The translations under genes and the position numbers were made by a program. The notes below the pieces were generated by a model, which had not been told where the DNA came from, did not search any database, and worked only from the letters and a program-made list of their open reading frames with translations. From assembly GCA_051294375.1 (NCBI GenBank), contig CM119268.1, positions 6,329,525-6,393,524 of the forward strand: a stretch of 64,000 nt of DNA. The letters run 5' to 3'. Every line of letters begins with the position of its first letter. Within the stretch, counting starts at the first letter, position 1. This document shows, in pieces, positions 14,317-27,488 of the stretch. The stretch is from Paraspadella gotoi (taxonomy: Eukaryota > Animalia > Chaetognatha).

Positions 14317-17300
14317 TTAATCACTCAGTAAGTCATCTGAGAGATCGAGATCGTGTAGGTCGACGTTAGATAAATCTATGTCGTCCAAATCCAGGTCCAG
14401 CTCCGCTTCTGATATTTCCGCTTTCGAACTGTCCGCTTCTGATATTTCCGCTTTCGACCTATCCGCTTCTGATATTTCCGCTTTCGACCTTTCCGCTTCT
14501 TCAGAGGTCACGAGTCGGTTATCGCCAAGAGATTCAACAGCGACAGAAGTATCGACGGGTTTGGATAAAGAGAGGATCGCTTCTAACCCATCCTCGTCCG
14601 ATTCGAATCCTCCGAGCTCCGGAGAGGGTGACCGATTCGAAGCCGCGAAACATTCATGGGGCGTAGCCGTCTCGAGAGCCGTTTCTTCGGAGGACGGAAA
14701 GACCTCCGATGACTGAGACTCGAACTCTCTCCAATCCATGGCGGGCGCATTGGATTGGACTAAAGCCGTTTGTAGGTGAGAGATAGCTTCGGCTTCATCG
14801 TCGTCGGATTCAAACCCAAAGGCTACTAGTGACGATGTAGCTTCTTCAGTCGACAGAAATACGTCAGAATCGAACCTTCCCCATTCGACCATAGGTTCGG
14901 ACAGATCATTCGTGACTTCGTTATTAATGTTAACAGAGGAGTCAGCCGTCATCATGGTTGCAAACGTTTCTGTTGTACTTGGCGGTTCATCTTCTGAATC
15001 GGATCCTCCCCAGTCGGACGCGGGTAAAGCAATTTCGGCATATTTTTTACCAAATGATTTCTCATTAGTGATTTCATTGCTAGTAACGGCTTCGTCGTCC
15101 GATTCCCAGTCCGGAGCTGGAACCAATCTAGGATCATCTGCGGAAGGTAAAAGTGATTGTCCGAACGACGCGGTGTTTTCAAAAGAATGCTCAATGCTGT
15201 CCTTAACCGATTCCATATGCAAAAAATCTCCAATTTTTGCGACCGATTTAAATTTTGTAGCTTCAGCTTCAGTGTCGTCCGATTCGAATTCGCCCCAATT
15301 TTCATCATTCGTAAAAAATAATTGCTGTTGTTGCGCCTCCGTCACTGGTTCATAATCGATTATCGACTTCGGCGAATTAAAAGATTTCGTAATAAAATCG
15401 ATGGCATGAGCCTCATCATCATCCGATTCGAATCCGCCATGAACAGAAGATTCATCGCATTTTGAAGAATCTGTTGATTTCATTTGGATACCTTGCTCGG
15501 CAATCTCAACAATTTCTTCATGAGATATTAAGGGAGAGACAAGAATATCCTGCTTCGAGAGAAACGGAATTGGCGAATCAATGATAAGACGTTGATCCTC
15601 AGAGTTGAAAGGATTTGTTGATTCCTTGGTTGTAAGCGCGGGATTTTCTGTATTTGTTACATCGTGTGGGCTGGGAGTCTCTGTTTCGATAAGATTTGAA
15701 GATTGAGCCAAATTATCCTTAGACGCCTCAACTGAAATGAGTGGTGCTAGAGTTTCCTCACTTAGAGATTCAGCTTTATGAAGTGATTCTTTATTATCAT
15801 AATTTACTTCCAACGTAATATCCTTTCTGTTTGGAGCTACTTGGCGATCTTCAAGAGCGCCGCTGCAAGGCATCTCTATTTCCTCTTCGGAACTCGTTTT
15901 CAAAGAATCGACTGCTTCGTCTGCAGCTTGGTTCACAATTTTATTATCGTTTGCGTCAAGACAATGATCGTACTGTTTTCCACCAATTTCAGCAGAAACT
16001 TCAGGAGATTCGGCATGGAGACAGTCAGCTTCGACAACCACTGGTGCTACAACAGTAAGTGGTTTTTCCGTCGGTCGCGAATTCGATTCTTTCGGTTGAG
16101 TGGTTATATTATCAGGCGATGGCGATTTAGACGGAGAACTAAACCAACTACTAAAGGACGATGAGAAAAACGATGAAGCTTTGGAGGAGGCGGCGGCGGC
16201 GAGATTTCCCACGACCTTTGCTCGCGGGGAAGAAGAAAACGTAGTTCCCCCAACCTTCCCCGAGGGCAAAGGAGATTGGGAAGAATTCGCCGGTGGAGAA
16301 GTGCAGGAAACAGATTCGGTCGACACTTTGGCCGGCGACGATAAAGAATCGGCAGTATTGTCGTCAATCTCGGCCCCAGTAGAATCCCGACCAGCAGAGC
16401 CAACAACCTTGGCTTGAGGAGAGGAGGCCGAGTTGCCAGAAGACCCCGCAGAATAAGTAGGTGAGATTTCTAGCTCGTTCACCCTCTCGTTTCGGAAGTA
16501 GGGATCCGTTGATAAATTGCTTGCGGACATCTGGACGGAAGGAGAGGATGAAAATCTGTCCGGTTCCTTCTCTTGCCGAGGAATGGTCTCCGCGTTCTCA
16601 TCAGTATCGACAGAATTGTGACTAAAGGAAGTATTCCCAGAACTCCCGATAGTCGGGGTTAAAGGTTTTCGAGATATCGAGGAAGGAAGATCGAAAGGGG
16701 ACTCTTGAAAAGATAAATCATCACTCTTTAAATCCGATATCTCTATCTCTTTCGTCCACTTGGAATTAGAAAGATCACCGGTATGAAGATTGTCCTGGTT
16801 TGAATCAGAATCAATTACAACAGATTGGATGTCTTCCGTTTCTTCATTCAAGGTTTCAGCTTCATAACTAGGTGGATCGGCCGAAGAGGAATTTGGAAAT
16901 TGCGAATTGCGAACGTCGACTGTCATCGTTGATTTTTTCTCGTCTTCCTCCCCTTTGCCATTCAACGTCGTTGGCGCAGAAGCAGCGACGTCCAAAAGAT
17001 CGTCCGATTCGCCGCCGTCGTTCGGATTGTACACCCTTGAACCCTCAATTCCGCAATCTGCCGCTACGATATCCAAATCGGATCCAGAGGCGAGGGCGAG
17101 GGCGACTTCCGCTCGGACGTCGCGATCTTGGTTAGGCGTCGCATTGGGAAACGAGGACGCGGGAAAGCGCGAGCGCCGTTCAACCATCAGTAACTTTTCC
17201 GCTTGAAAACCCTGACAAAAAGTGAAGAATGATAGTTATTAAAATACATTTTAGACAATAGACAATTGTATTTCTCACTGACCTCTCTCAGTCCAGGAAA

Positions 17301-20300
17301 AAGATTTTCGTAGTCGGCAGGATCCGCCAACGCGGCGGCGACTTTGGGTCTTCGCGGCGCAACTTGGCGACGCCACAATCCGACCACCTCGGAAACGCGA
17401 GAGGGAAGATAAGAACGGGCGAAAAGCGCCGCCTCCGGGACGCGGTTCGATCTGACGAGAATATCGAGGCACTCCTCCAAGTCGCCGAGAAGAAACGCCG
17501 CCATGAAGGCCACGTTGTTCTGCGCCGCGGCTGCCGCGTCGATGGCGACGGAGGCGGCGGATGATGCATCGCCGGCGGCGGTGGAGAGGAGGAGGAGGCC
17601 GGAGAAGTCTTCGGCCTAAAAGGGAAAATCTTAAAAGTATAATGATCTCGCCAGACGTTACTATCAAAGAAAATTATTAAAATAATCCGAATCGATGATA
17701 CGATACGATAATAACCGAATATTGATGCGATGATAACCGAATATTGATGTGATGATAACCTAATGAGGGATGCGATGATAGTCATTGATGCAATGATAGT
17801 CATTGATGCGATGATAATCATTCATTGATGCGATAATAATCATTCATTAATGCATTCATTGATGCGATGAGTCATTCATTGATGCATTCATTGATGCGAT
17901 GAGTCATTCATTGATGTTTATGTCCAACATTTATAATAATCATTCATTAACGCGATGTTAATCATTCATTGAATAAAACAAACAAATGCGTGTAAGAGTG
18001 AAAGAGAGAGAGAAAAAGAAAACGATAGAGAAGCTGGACAGCCGCTGCAGAACTCGTTTTGAGACGAATTAGAAAAAAGGAACGATATATAATTAAAAGA
18101 GAAAGAAAAAGAAAGAGAAATAGAAAAACTGGACAGCCGCTTAAGCAGATTAATTTGTGGATTAGCATATTATATTATTTTGATTAAGCTTTGATAAATT
18201 TTTGTTCTATTGCCCTAAAGGTTTAATAAAAATATTTTACATTGGTAAATGATCATGTTTGTTTGTGGCTCAATTAATAGCTAAATAATTAATTATCATA
18301 ATTGCTAGTTTACAACTTTACAACTTTAATTATTCTTGTACAGCTGCTGCAGAGCTGAACTAAGCTATATATATATAAATTGTTTTGTAAATAAAACAAA
18401 CAAATGAGTGTAGGAATATGAAACATATTAATTTAAAAGACCTCAATGATGAGAAGCCATATCTAAATTTTCAGCTTCCTATAGTTACGCTGTTTTAACA
18501 TGGAAAATAGCTTAAGTGTGTAACGACGGGCATTCGCCCGTCTGGCGAGATAATTAATTGTGACAATTAAATTAAAATCTGGACAAACCCGCTGCAAGCA
18601 GCGCTTCGCCAGGTCGAAGTCGGCCGCGTTGGAGGCCAAGTCGGCCAGTCGCTTCCATTTTAAGTCGGCGCCAGCGACTTTGCCTTCCTCGGCGACGTCG
18701 AAGGCGGCTTTGAGGTCTCCCAATTGAAGGGCGAGGTCGAACCGGTGGTCTGGGTCCGAGGTCACCGCGAAAGCGCGGGAAGTGAGTCCTGCGGCAGAAA
18801 GCGAAATCCTTTTTAAGTATCGTCTTAAATTGTTCGCATGCGGATAGCCAGACGTTTACAAGACAAGTAAGCAGTTTTTAAGTTATTCTCAAGAGTGAAG
18901 ATTAAAACCAAGTATCGCTCAAAGAAGTTATTTTCTCTCAGGAATGGAATTTTAACGTCCTTGCTGAACAGTCTTAGGAAAAAAAATTAAAGAAATCAAC
19001 ACGAATAAGACGGTGAAATTTTTCGGAGACACGCAACAATGACTTTTTTGTCGTTCTTAAAACTGGGACACGAAAAAAGGAGCAACGCAATTTATCGCAA
19101 TTGTTTCTCCTGATAGAGGGCAGGACTGACTTTAGATTTTTAGGAAAAAAACAAATGATTACTTTCTTTCTAAACAGAAAGAAAAACTTTTCTGCAGTTG
19201 AATTTGAAATTAAATGAAATATAAAATATTAAAAAAAGATTCTTTCGAAGTTTCATTTAATAAATAAGCTATCTTGCCCGACATTGGACAGTTGGTGGTG
19301 GTAGTTTAAGGCCTCCATCATTCTTACACGATAATGACATAGCAGTCTCGTTTATTCACTTATTACAGAATATTTTGCACTATTAGTATAAGAATGACGA
19401 GTGTTTCTATAATTTGTTAATTTTCGTACTTAATATAATTATTACAACACTTTTAAATAATAAGGAAAATTTTCAGAAGTACTCCTACGTATTTCGTCTT
19501 AGTAAATTCATTTTTTTAGTATTAATGTACGCTTCGCCGTCTAAATATATACATATTTTGTCTAAACATACATGAAGTTATACGGATCTTCGTAGTTTTG
19601 AATCACTACCCTGTACACATATACATTATACAATATATATACAACTGTAGAATTATTTATAGTTATTTTCTTATGTTTTAAAGAGACATATCTTTTTGTA
19701 TAGACTTTAATAGTTGTCTTTGTTTTCCCGAAATACGTAGCAGATTTCGTAACAGTCTCCGTGACTGAATCATAGAATAACTCAGATGTTTCTCCCTGCC
19801 TAGTTTTGATTCTCACAATGTTTTTTAGTCAGTCACAATTTAGTCTCATGTCTCGAAAAACTCTTGTAAAACATTGCTAATATTTTATGCCTTTTTAAAG
19901 ATGGAATTTTATCTCTTTGGATTCTATAAGCCAGGTATTTGTTATTTGAACATGTTATATTTGTAAATGGTTAAAGTATTTAAAAGGTTATATTTGTTTT
20001 ACAGTTAAACTCTTCTACTTCTCTACTTCTTCTTCTTCTTCTAATTCTATTATGTCATCGCCTATGTTACAAATGATACCAGTGTCTATCATGTCCTATG
20101 TCAATTATGTCAATAAACAAGGTTATGATATATTTGGATGCTTACGGCTACGAACTATTGAGATGAGGCATAAATAAGTTTATAGGAATTCCACATTCTC
20201 TTAACTGGTTTGCTTCTTTAAATGGTTGCAATTCTCTTAACTGGGTTGCGATTCTCTTAAGTTGTTTTAACATGACGTCAAGTCTCAATGACCGAGATGT

Positions 20301-23300
20301 GAGAAATGAGATTCGTGAGACTCATTTAGTTTCCAATATTGAAAAGCTTACTGCAATAATTGCAGGATGGAAAGATTCGGCATCACGTGACAATCTTAAA
20401 GTTGCCTTACTTCTCTTGGAAGAGATTAAGAGTGCAATAAGTGTTTAACTTTGTTTTATAATAACCAAAGTCTTGATCCAGATGCCAGAAGAAATCTTCA
20501 CGAAATTATTATAGCAAACAAACTTAAACTGAGTAGTTTTGAAAGGGTTTTGGAACTCGAATCAAGGAGCTTTACACCTGACTCTAATTCTCCGTCTCTT
20601 CAGCGCCGACTATAGTAGGGGATGATTCCTTACCTCCACCGGCTCCTACGCGGTCAACGGCGCCAGTTTCAGTTGAGATCACTTCTATTTCTTCTAGTGC
20701 ACCCACGCTTACTCCATTGAGCGCCGATAGCGCCCTACTCAGGGTTTGACTAATATAACATCATTAAATATAGATGAAGATGATGCCCGTAGTATTGATA
20801 GTACAATTTCGACTGCCTCTGGAAGGATTCGACATGCTCAAGCCAAGCAAGTTGCGGCAGAAGTCAAAGCAACTCGAGCAAAAGAGCTCAAAAGGCAAAG
20901 AATTGAAAATCGAACCAGATTGTTTCAATTACAACGGGAACAAGAACTCCTGCGATTGGAAATGGAGGAAGACGAAAAAATAGCCGAAGCTGAAACCGAG
21001 GTTGCAGCACAACGTGCTTCTGTTCAGGTTCTATCCACTAATGTCAGTGAAGTTTCTCTAAATCCACCGTTGCAAGAGTTAAGCTCAGCAGATATTGTTT
21101 CTAGATATCTCAGTGACACTACCCTTCCCATACATACTCAAGGGAGAGCCATACAACCTGTTCCTCTCACATTGTTTGACACTACAGTTTCTGCTGCATC
21201 TGTATTGAATACAACTTCCAATTCCATTTTTCCCTTACAACAACGTTTACAATCTTTGTCCTTAGTACCTGCTCCATCTGCTCCTTACCTTACGGTCCCT
21301 TCTGATTTCAATCAACCTCAATCATCTCGTGTTCAAACTACATTAGTTTCTGCAGTTGCTCCTTCCATCACCTCTCATAACAACATAAACCAATTTCGTT
21401 TGCCTTTGCCTAATCTTTCAGTAACATCACTATCGTCATTATCTCCCCATGTCACAACAGCTCCACAAAATGTTACTCTCCCTTTATTCTCTAGTCCTCT
21501 TAACGCAAATGTCCCACAACCTCAGCTAATTACAAATACGACTCCATCTACACCAGCTGACGCTATGGAAGCTCTTATCGGCAACCAAAAGGTTGTGCAA
21601 AACCGTCCAACAGAAGAGTTGCGCTGGAGTGGAGATTCTATTTACGCTACATGAATTTTTAATGAACTTTGAAAATGATGTGGAGAATGTTCGTGGAGTG
21701 GACGATCGCAGAAAGTTGACGGAACTGTTCAAATGGGTCAAAGGTCCTGCCTTTGAAGCCATTAGGCCACTGAATAAACTGAAGACCCGAGATATGCCCT
21801 TCAAATGGCAAAAGCCAAGTTCCACGAGGTTTGGGGCCTACAGCAAAGAACCGCCTCTGATGTTTTAAGAAAAGTTTTGGCCGGCGGGCCAATCAAGTCA
21901 AAGATTCGGTTTCCATTTGGAATCTCGTTTGGCTCATGGAAGATGCATACTTGACTGCATTAAAAGCTGGTGATTTGTCACACCTTACCTCCATTGAATC
22001 AATGCGGAAAGTTGTCAAAATTAAAGTGCCTTTTCTGGAGAACAAATGGAGTGATTATGCATATAAATTGGAGCATAAGTTATCTCAAAAAGTAACATAT
22101 AATCACTTAGTCGAATTTCTCAAGGACTTTGCCAAAAAATTGTCTTCTACCTTTGGCTCTAATGTCATGTCCACTGTCCAAGAGGAAAACAAACAAATGA
22201 ACAAAGAGCAAAAACCGCCCTTTGTCAAAAAATCGTTCTCATCAGCAGGCATTGAAACAAAATCTAATGATGGTAAGCTACCAGCACCAAAGTGCATTTG
22301 CTGTGACAAAGATCATGCCATTTATGCTTGTCCTGATTTTAAAAAGATGGAGGTTGCATCTAGATTGGAATTTGTCAAGAGAAAAGGTCTTTGCTATCGC
22401 GATTTAGGTCGCCATTTGAGAAAAAACTGTAAGTCCGATAGAAAATGTAAAATCTGTGATAGAGACTCTCACATACTTTATTACATATTGTTCAAAAAGA
22501 AGAACAAAAATCCGAATCGACTTCAACACCAACAGCTACGTTATTGGCTCCTGCCACAACTTTGTCCAATGGGAGTACCTTTGTTGATTATGGTAAAAAT
22601 CATCGTCCAGTTGTTGCTATTGTGCCATGAACCCAAAGACAGGAAAATCTGTTGAGACCTATGCCTTACTAGATTCTGGCTCTAATCGTACATGTATCAC
22701 CCAAAATTTGGTCGACAAAATTGATGGAGAAACCATTTCTGAAGAGATGGAGGTAACTACTTTAGACAAGAAGGTATGTGAAATCCGAAAAATCTTGGAT
22801 TTAGATTTACAATCACTGTATGATCCTAAGTATAAACTAAATGTTGCGGCAGTGGTTGGCCAACACCTTCCAGGTGGAGTTTCCTCTATCCCTTTAAAAG
22901 CTGATGTCGAGAAACACTCTCATCTCCATGATGTCGAAATTATTGAATTGCCTAATTTCAACCACGAAATTGAAGTCCTTATTGGAACAGATGTTGCAGC
23001 ATCTATGCTCCCAATGCCAAATGGCATCCGCCGTGGTCGTGTCGACAAACCCAGCGCAATCTTAACTAATTGGGGCTGGGCTTTAATTGGTCCTGAAGGT
23101 CAAATGGACGGAAAAATAATCTAAGTTCTGCCTTTGTGGATTTCGACAACCAGATGCTTCATGCTCAAATGGAAAGGATGATTAATCAGATTTCAATGAT
23201 TCGCCTTTTGAAAAAGACGGAATGTCTATTGAAGACAAAAGGGCAATGGAAATAATTAAAAATTCCTGTAAGCTCGTCAATGGACAATATCAAATATCGT

Positions 23301-26300
23301 TACCTTGGCGTCATGGAAGGGAAAATACTGCAAAGTTGCTACCTTCTGACGAAAGTGCTGCAATGGCAAGAAAACGAACTGAGAAACTCGGACATCGTCT
23401 CAAAAGTGACCCTGTTAAGTATAAGATGGTTTGTGATCAAGTTGACATGCTTTTAGAGAACAAATATGCTCGAATTGTGCCCGAGGAAGAGTTGGAGCAG
23501 CCTTCCAATATCCCTATTTGGACTCTACCTCCTGTATTGGCTACTCACCCACATAAACCAAATAAGGTGAGGTTCTGTCATGATGCAAGAGCAGCGGTAA
23601 AAGGTGTTTCTTATAATTCATCTCTATTTACGGGACCTGATTTATGTAATANNNNNNNNNNNNNNNNNNNNNNNNNNNNNNNNNNNNNNNNNNNNNNNNN
23701 NNNNNNNNNNNNNNNNNNNNNNNNNNNNNNNNNNNNNNNNNNNNNNNNNNNCATATTTTGTCTAAACATACATGAAGTTATACGGATCTTCTTAGTTTTG
23801 AATCACTACCCTGTACAATATATACAATATATATATAACATATACATATAATGTTGTCGGCATAATATTTAAACTTAAATTTATTATTTAAATTTATAAT
23901 AATTTTATTTACCTTTCTTTTGAAGAAAAAACGCGAGGCGGTTATGCTCTTCCTCAGGAATTGATGAAAATATTTCATCGGCGCTGTCCAAGTCAGCTCT
24001 CACTACGTAAGTCTGTTAATTATTAATCAATTGTTTTATAACTGAACAGTTCCCAAAAACACTATTAAAACCATCGTACTTGATATTCTAGGACAGAGGC
24101 ACGGAGACAATATGAAGTGACGTTTAGCTCTTTGTCGGACAAGTAAATTCTCTCGTCTTTCGGTAAATATCCTGAGAATAAGGAAGAGCAATTGCAACTT
24201 ATCGTTTTTAATCGAAAAACGAGAGCGAGATATTCTTCTCTCGCATTCGGCCCTTACCCAAAAGATAATGAGCTCTGTCGAGATGCGCGACGGTGAAAAT
24301 CTCTCCCCCGACGAAATAGTTGAGTCTATTGATCGAATTGACGTAAACGAAAACGTCGCCGACCCAGACGCCGCCGCTGATCACTTCCGGCGCTTCGTGC
24401 TCCATTTTGAAAGCGGATTCCACGCCATCGTTGCCTGGTGATGACTCTGTGTGACGGGCAACCACGGATGAGATAAATATATTTATCCGTCGACTTAAAG
24501 CCGTTTATCATTTAATGCGAAGACGAAAGAGAAAAAAATCTCCTTATTAATCTAGCTACTACTTTGTTACCTGCCCCTCCAGAAACGGCAGCGGCGTCGT
24601 ATCGAAGTACGTAAGAGGATTCTGTCGTCGCTATGCACAACAAATCTCCGCTTTCGCTCCAGAACACATTTGTCGGCGAAATGTCGATCCGCCTAAAAAC
24701 AGAATCCATTCTACACACTTCAGCTCTCGATCTTAATTCTTTTTTTCTTCGTCACCTAACGAGCATCGCCGTCTCCCAATCATAGAATGACAACCCCGTC
24801 GACGACTTGAGGCCCAAAAGATTCCCGCCGAAAATCTTTTCCACCCCGGAATCCGGCTTTAAAATCTTTCGCTCCTTGAAGTTTTTAAATATTTTCACCT
24901 GAACGAAGGAACGTGATAAAATATAAATTAGATTCCCAAATCCTCGTTTTTAAAATGTTCCAAATTTAATCTCACTCTGTCGTATGTTTCGGTGACTGCG
25001 AACTCGTTTCCTTCCTTGGCCCAAGCGAGATTGAGACCGACGCCGAAGGCTTTGCTCCTCAGCGCCATCGCTGTGTAGACGACGAACTCCCCGTCACCCA
25101 CGACGGACACGAAGCGGCCGTTGGGACTGTGGAGGATCGATTGCGGGTAAACCTCGCAGGAACCAAGCTCCTTGAAGTCTACCGGGAGTCGTTCGCCGTC
25201 TTTAAAGCGGACGTCGGCGGGGAGAGATCTCAGGTTCGCCTGTCATCACGGGCAAGGGATAAATTAGGTTGTATGGCAACGGGGAGACATGTGTGATGCC
25301 CGGAGTGTGAGGCATCTCCCGACAGCTGGCGCTAAGTGCTTTGGACCTGCAGTGACCAACCCATGTCACTGGCGTGTCTATGCCGACACTTTCACACTTT
25401 AACCAACGTGACCGTGAGGGGATTGAACCCGGAACTCACTTCCGCCGCCTTTAGATCGAAAACGAACCTGTTGAATTTCCGAGTGTCTGGCGGCAACAAT
25501 TTTTCCCCCAGAGTCCATGCAGACGGCCGGTGCGTCCTGACCGAGATGCAGCAAGATGGCGCCCTCGTCGTATCCCAGCGCCACGTGGTTTGCGCTATCC
25601 TGACAGCCGATCGCCCAGGCTCGCTCCATGCCGTAGTTCAAAGTCGATTCAAGTCTGTGTTTAAAATAATTTTCAATAAAGAAAAGCAATGACATTACGA
25701 ATTTTAAAATGACTCTTAAACCCATGGACGAACACCTGTAAGTACTGGCGTGCCACACTTTGACGGTGCCGTCTTCAGAAGCCGAAAGAATTATAGGCAA
25801 CTCGTGATGATATGCGACGGAAGAGACGTTATGGACGTGACCATCTAGAGTCTGTACAAGCGAATCAACCTTAATTAACATAACATGCCCTTTCTCTCTC
25901 TCTACCATTAAAACATTCGGGCATTAAACCTGAACGCAAGTCTTGTTTTGATAATCCCATATTTTGATTTTGTTGTCATCGCCGCCGGAAACAAGATAAG
26001 GCTTATCTCCACCGGGATGGAAAGCCAAGCAGTTAATTCCGCGCTCATGACCAATTAGAGTGAAGTTTGCTTGCTTCGAGCCTAACTGCCACACCTTAGA
26101 AAATATAGTAAAGTTTAAAATAAAAATTGAAATTAAAAGTTAAAAAATTGCAAATGAAGGCATATTGATTGCTACCTTTATGGTTTTGTCAAGCGACGCC
26201 GAGGCAAAGGAGTTGTTGTCCTTGGGATTGAAGACGACCTGCATGACGTAGTGAGCGTGGTCTTCGAACGTCTCCACCAGATTCCATCCTTTGTCCCAAT

Positions 26301-27269
26301 CCCAGAGTTTGACGGTGGTGTCGTCGCTGGAGGACAAGGCGAGCGAGCGCGTCGGGTGAATGGCGATGCATCGGATGTAGTCAGCGTGCGCCTCGAAAAC
26401 TTGGATGCGCTCGAAGGTGTTAACGTTGAAGACACGGATGCGAAGGTCGTCGCTGCCGACGACGATCCAGTGTTTCCTGACGACGAACTTGGCGGTACGA
26501 ACCGGTAGGTCGCCAGTCTCGAAGGTCTTGAGCAATTGCTATTGAGTCGGGCCGAGGAGGGGAAAATAAATTGATCTATTTTTAAAGAAGATCCAGTCTT
26601 TGTCTGAATCTTAGACTTAGTCACGGCTTGGTTTTATTAATGTCACGCTTAAACATCCTTCTTTTCGTTTCCCTGCTCTTTCTGCCCATCATTTTTTAAT
26701 ACTTATAGTAGTATACTTATATTTATAACTAATTGGAGATGAGTAGTACTATGGGCAACGGAGGATAGCCTGTGATACCCGGGGCGCGGGGTATCTCACC
26801 AACTGGCGTAGGGGCTGCGGACCCTCAGTGACCACCTCCTGTCACTGGCATGTTTATACCGGCACCGTCACATTTAAGCCAGAACCAGGATACCCAGGGA
26901 TTGAACCCGGGACGCACGGATGGAATGAGATGATTTAGCTGCTCAGCCATTGAGACGAGGCTGAGGACGGACAGCAGTGAGGCAGCTTTAAGTCTTGCTA
27001 CCACAGTTACAAACATTCTTTTTTGTCTAACATAGAATTTACAAAAAAGTATAATTAATGTAGATCTACAGATGAAAGAAGCGAATAAACGCCGACTAAA
27101 AAAAGTTTGGAATCCGAGAACAAATAACCTGCGTATCGTGGTTCCAAACATGAACGTTTCCATTATATAGAGAGACCAGCATCCACGGCTCCCTGGGATG
27201 AAGGTCCACAGATTTCACGCGATCCGAACGCGCTGTTAGCTTCCGCCGAGCGTCCAATTTCAATGGCAT
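14317..27269 (-). CDS. COPB2: Coatomer subunit beta' with greatly extended C-terminal tail, multi-exon
   Basis: [29 protein letters not shown] start; WD40 exons ([16 protein letters not shown]..., [13 protein letters not shown]); solenoid ([41 protein letters not shown]); last exon 14317-17211 ends [26 protein letters not shown], like the conserved COPB2 end. Confidence 0.95.
14400..14500 (-). repeat. 30-bp coding tandem repeat ([10 protein letters not shown], ~3 copies) in COPB2 tail
   Basis: tccgcttctgatatttccgctttcga repeated at 30-bp period. Confidence 0.85.
17628..18553 (-). mobile_element. Non-autonomous Helentron/DINE-1-like (HINE) element in a COPB2 intron
   Basis: Subterminal inverted repeats atctcgccagacg / cgtctggcgagat, adjacent hairpin acgggc-attc-gcccgt, shared core gatgagaagc..tatctaaattttcagcttcc, internal GATGCGATGATA-type tandem repeats; related copies at 27489 and 46570. 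Confidence 0.75.
20600..23651 (+). mobile_element. Decayed BEL/Pao LTR retrotransposon (gag-protease-start of RT), frameshifted, cut by N-gap; antisense inside the COPB2 intron 18789-23911
   Basis: Triple zinc knuckle [35 protein letters not shown]; aspartic protease [14 protein letters not shown]; [10 protein letters not shown]; GQYQISLPW; [26 protein letters not shown] (Pao RT start). Broken into several ORFs. Boundaries approximate. Confidence 0.88.
23652..23751. other. Assembly gap (100 N)
   Basis: Run of N. Confidence 1.
25268..25440 (-). mobile_element. 5'-truncated tRNA-derived SINE copy in a COPB2 intron
   Basis: B-box gttccgggttcaatccc on minus strand; body colinear with the copy at 26745-26957. 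Confidence 0.65.
26745..26957 (-). mobile_element. tRNA-derived SINE in COPB2 intron 1
   Basis: On minus strand, A-box-like tggctgagcag and B-box ggttcaatccc at tRNA-like spacing, followed by a structured body shared with 25268-25440. Confidence 0.72.
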
Positions 27270-27488
27270 TATTAAATATTTTAATTTCACATTGAATAGA
27301 ATTGAATTGACTATCGCTACGCAAATTTCGGCAAGTTTTATTATAGCATTGATGGAATTACGAAGATTTTAACACCCACGTCAAAGGAAAAAGTCGTCCT
27401 AATTTGAATCTTAGGGGGAACAAATAAATAAATCAAGAGAAAAAATGTCACAAATAGTGTTCAGGAATTATGAGAAATGAATTTAAAA

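Noticed and set aside
26890-26957. tRNA gene
   Set aside because: A and B boxes present but no convincing cloverleaf; continues into a repeated body, so called a SINE head.
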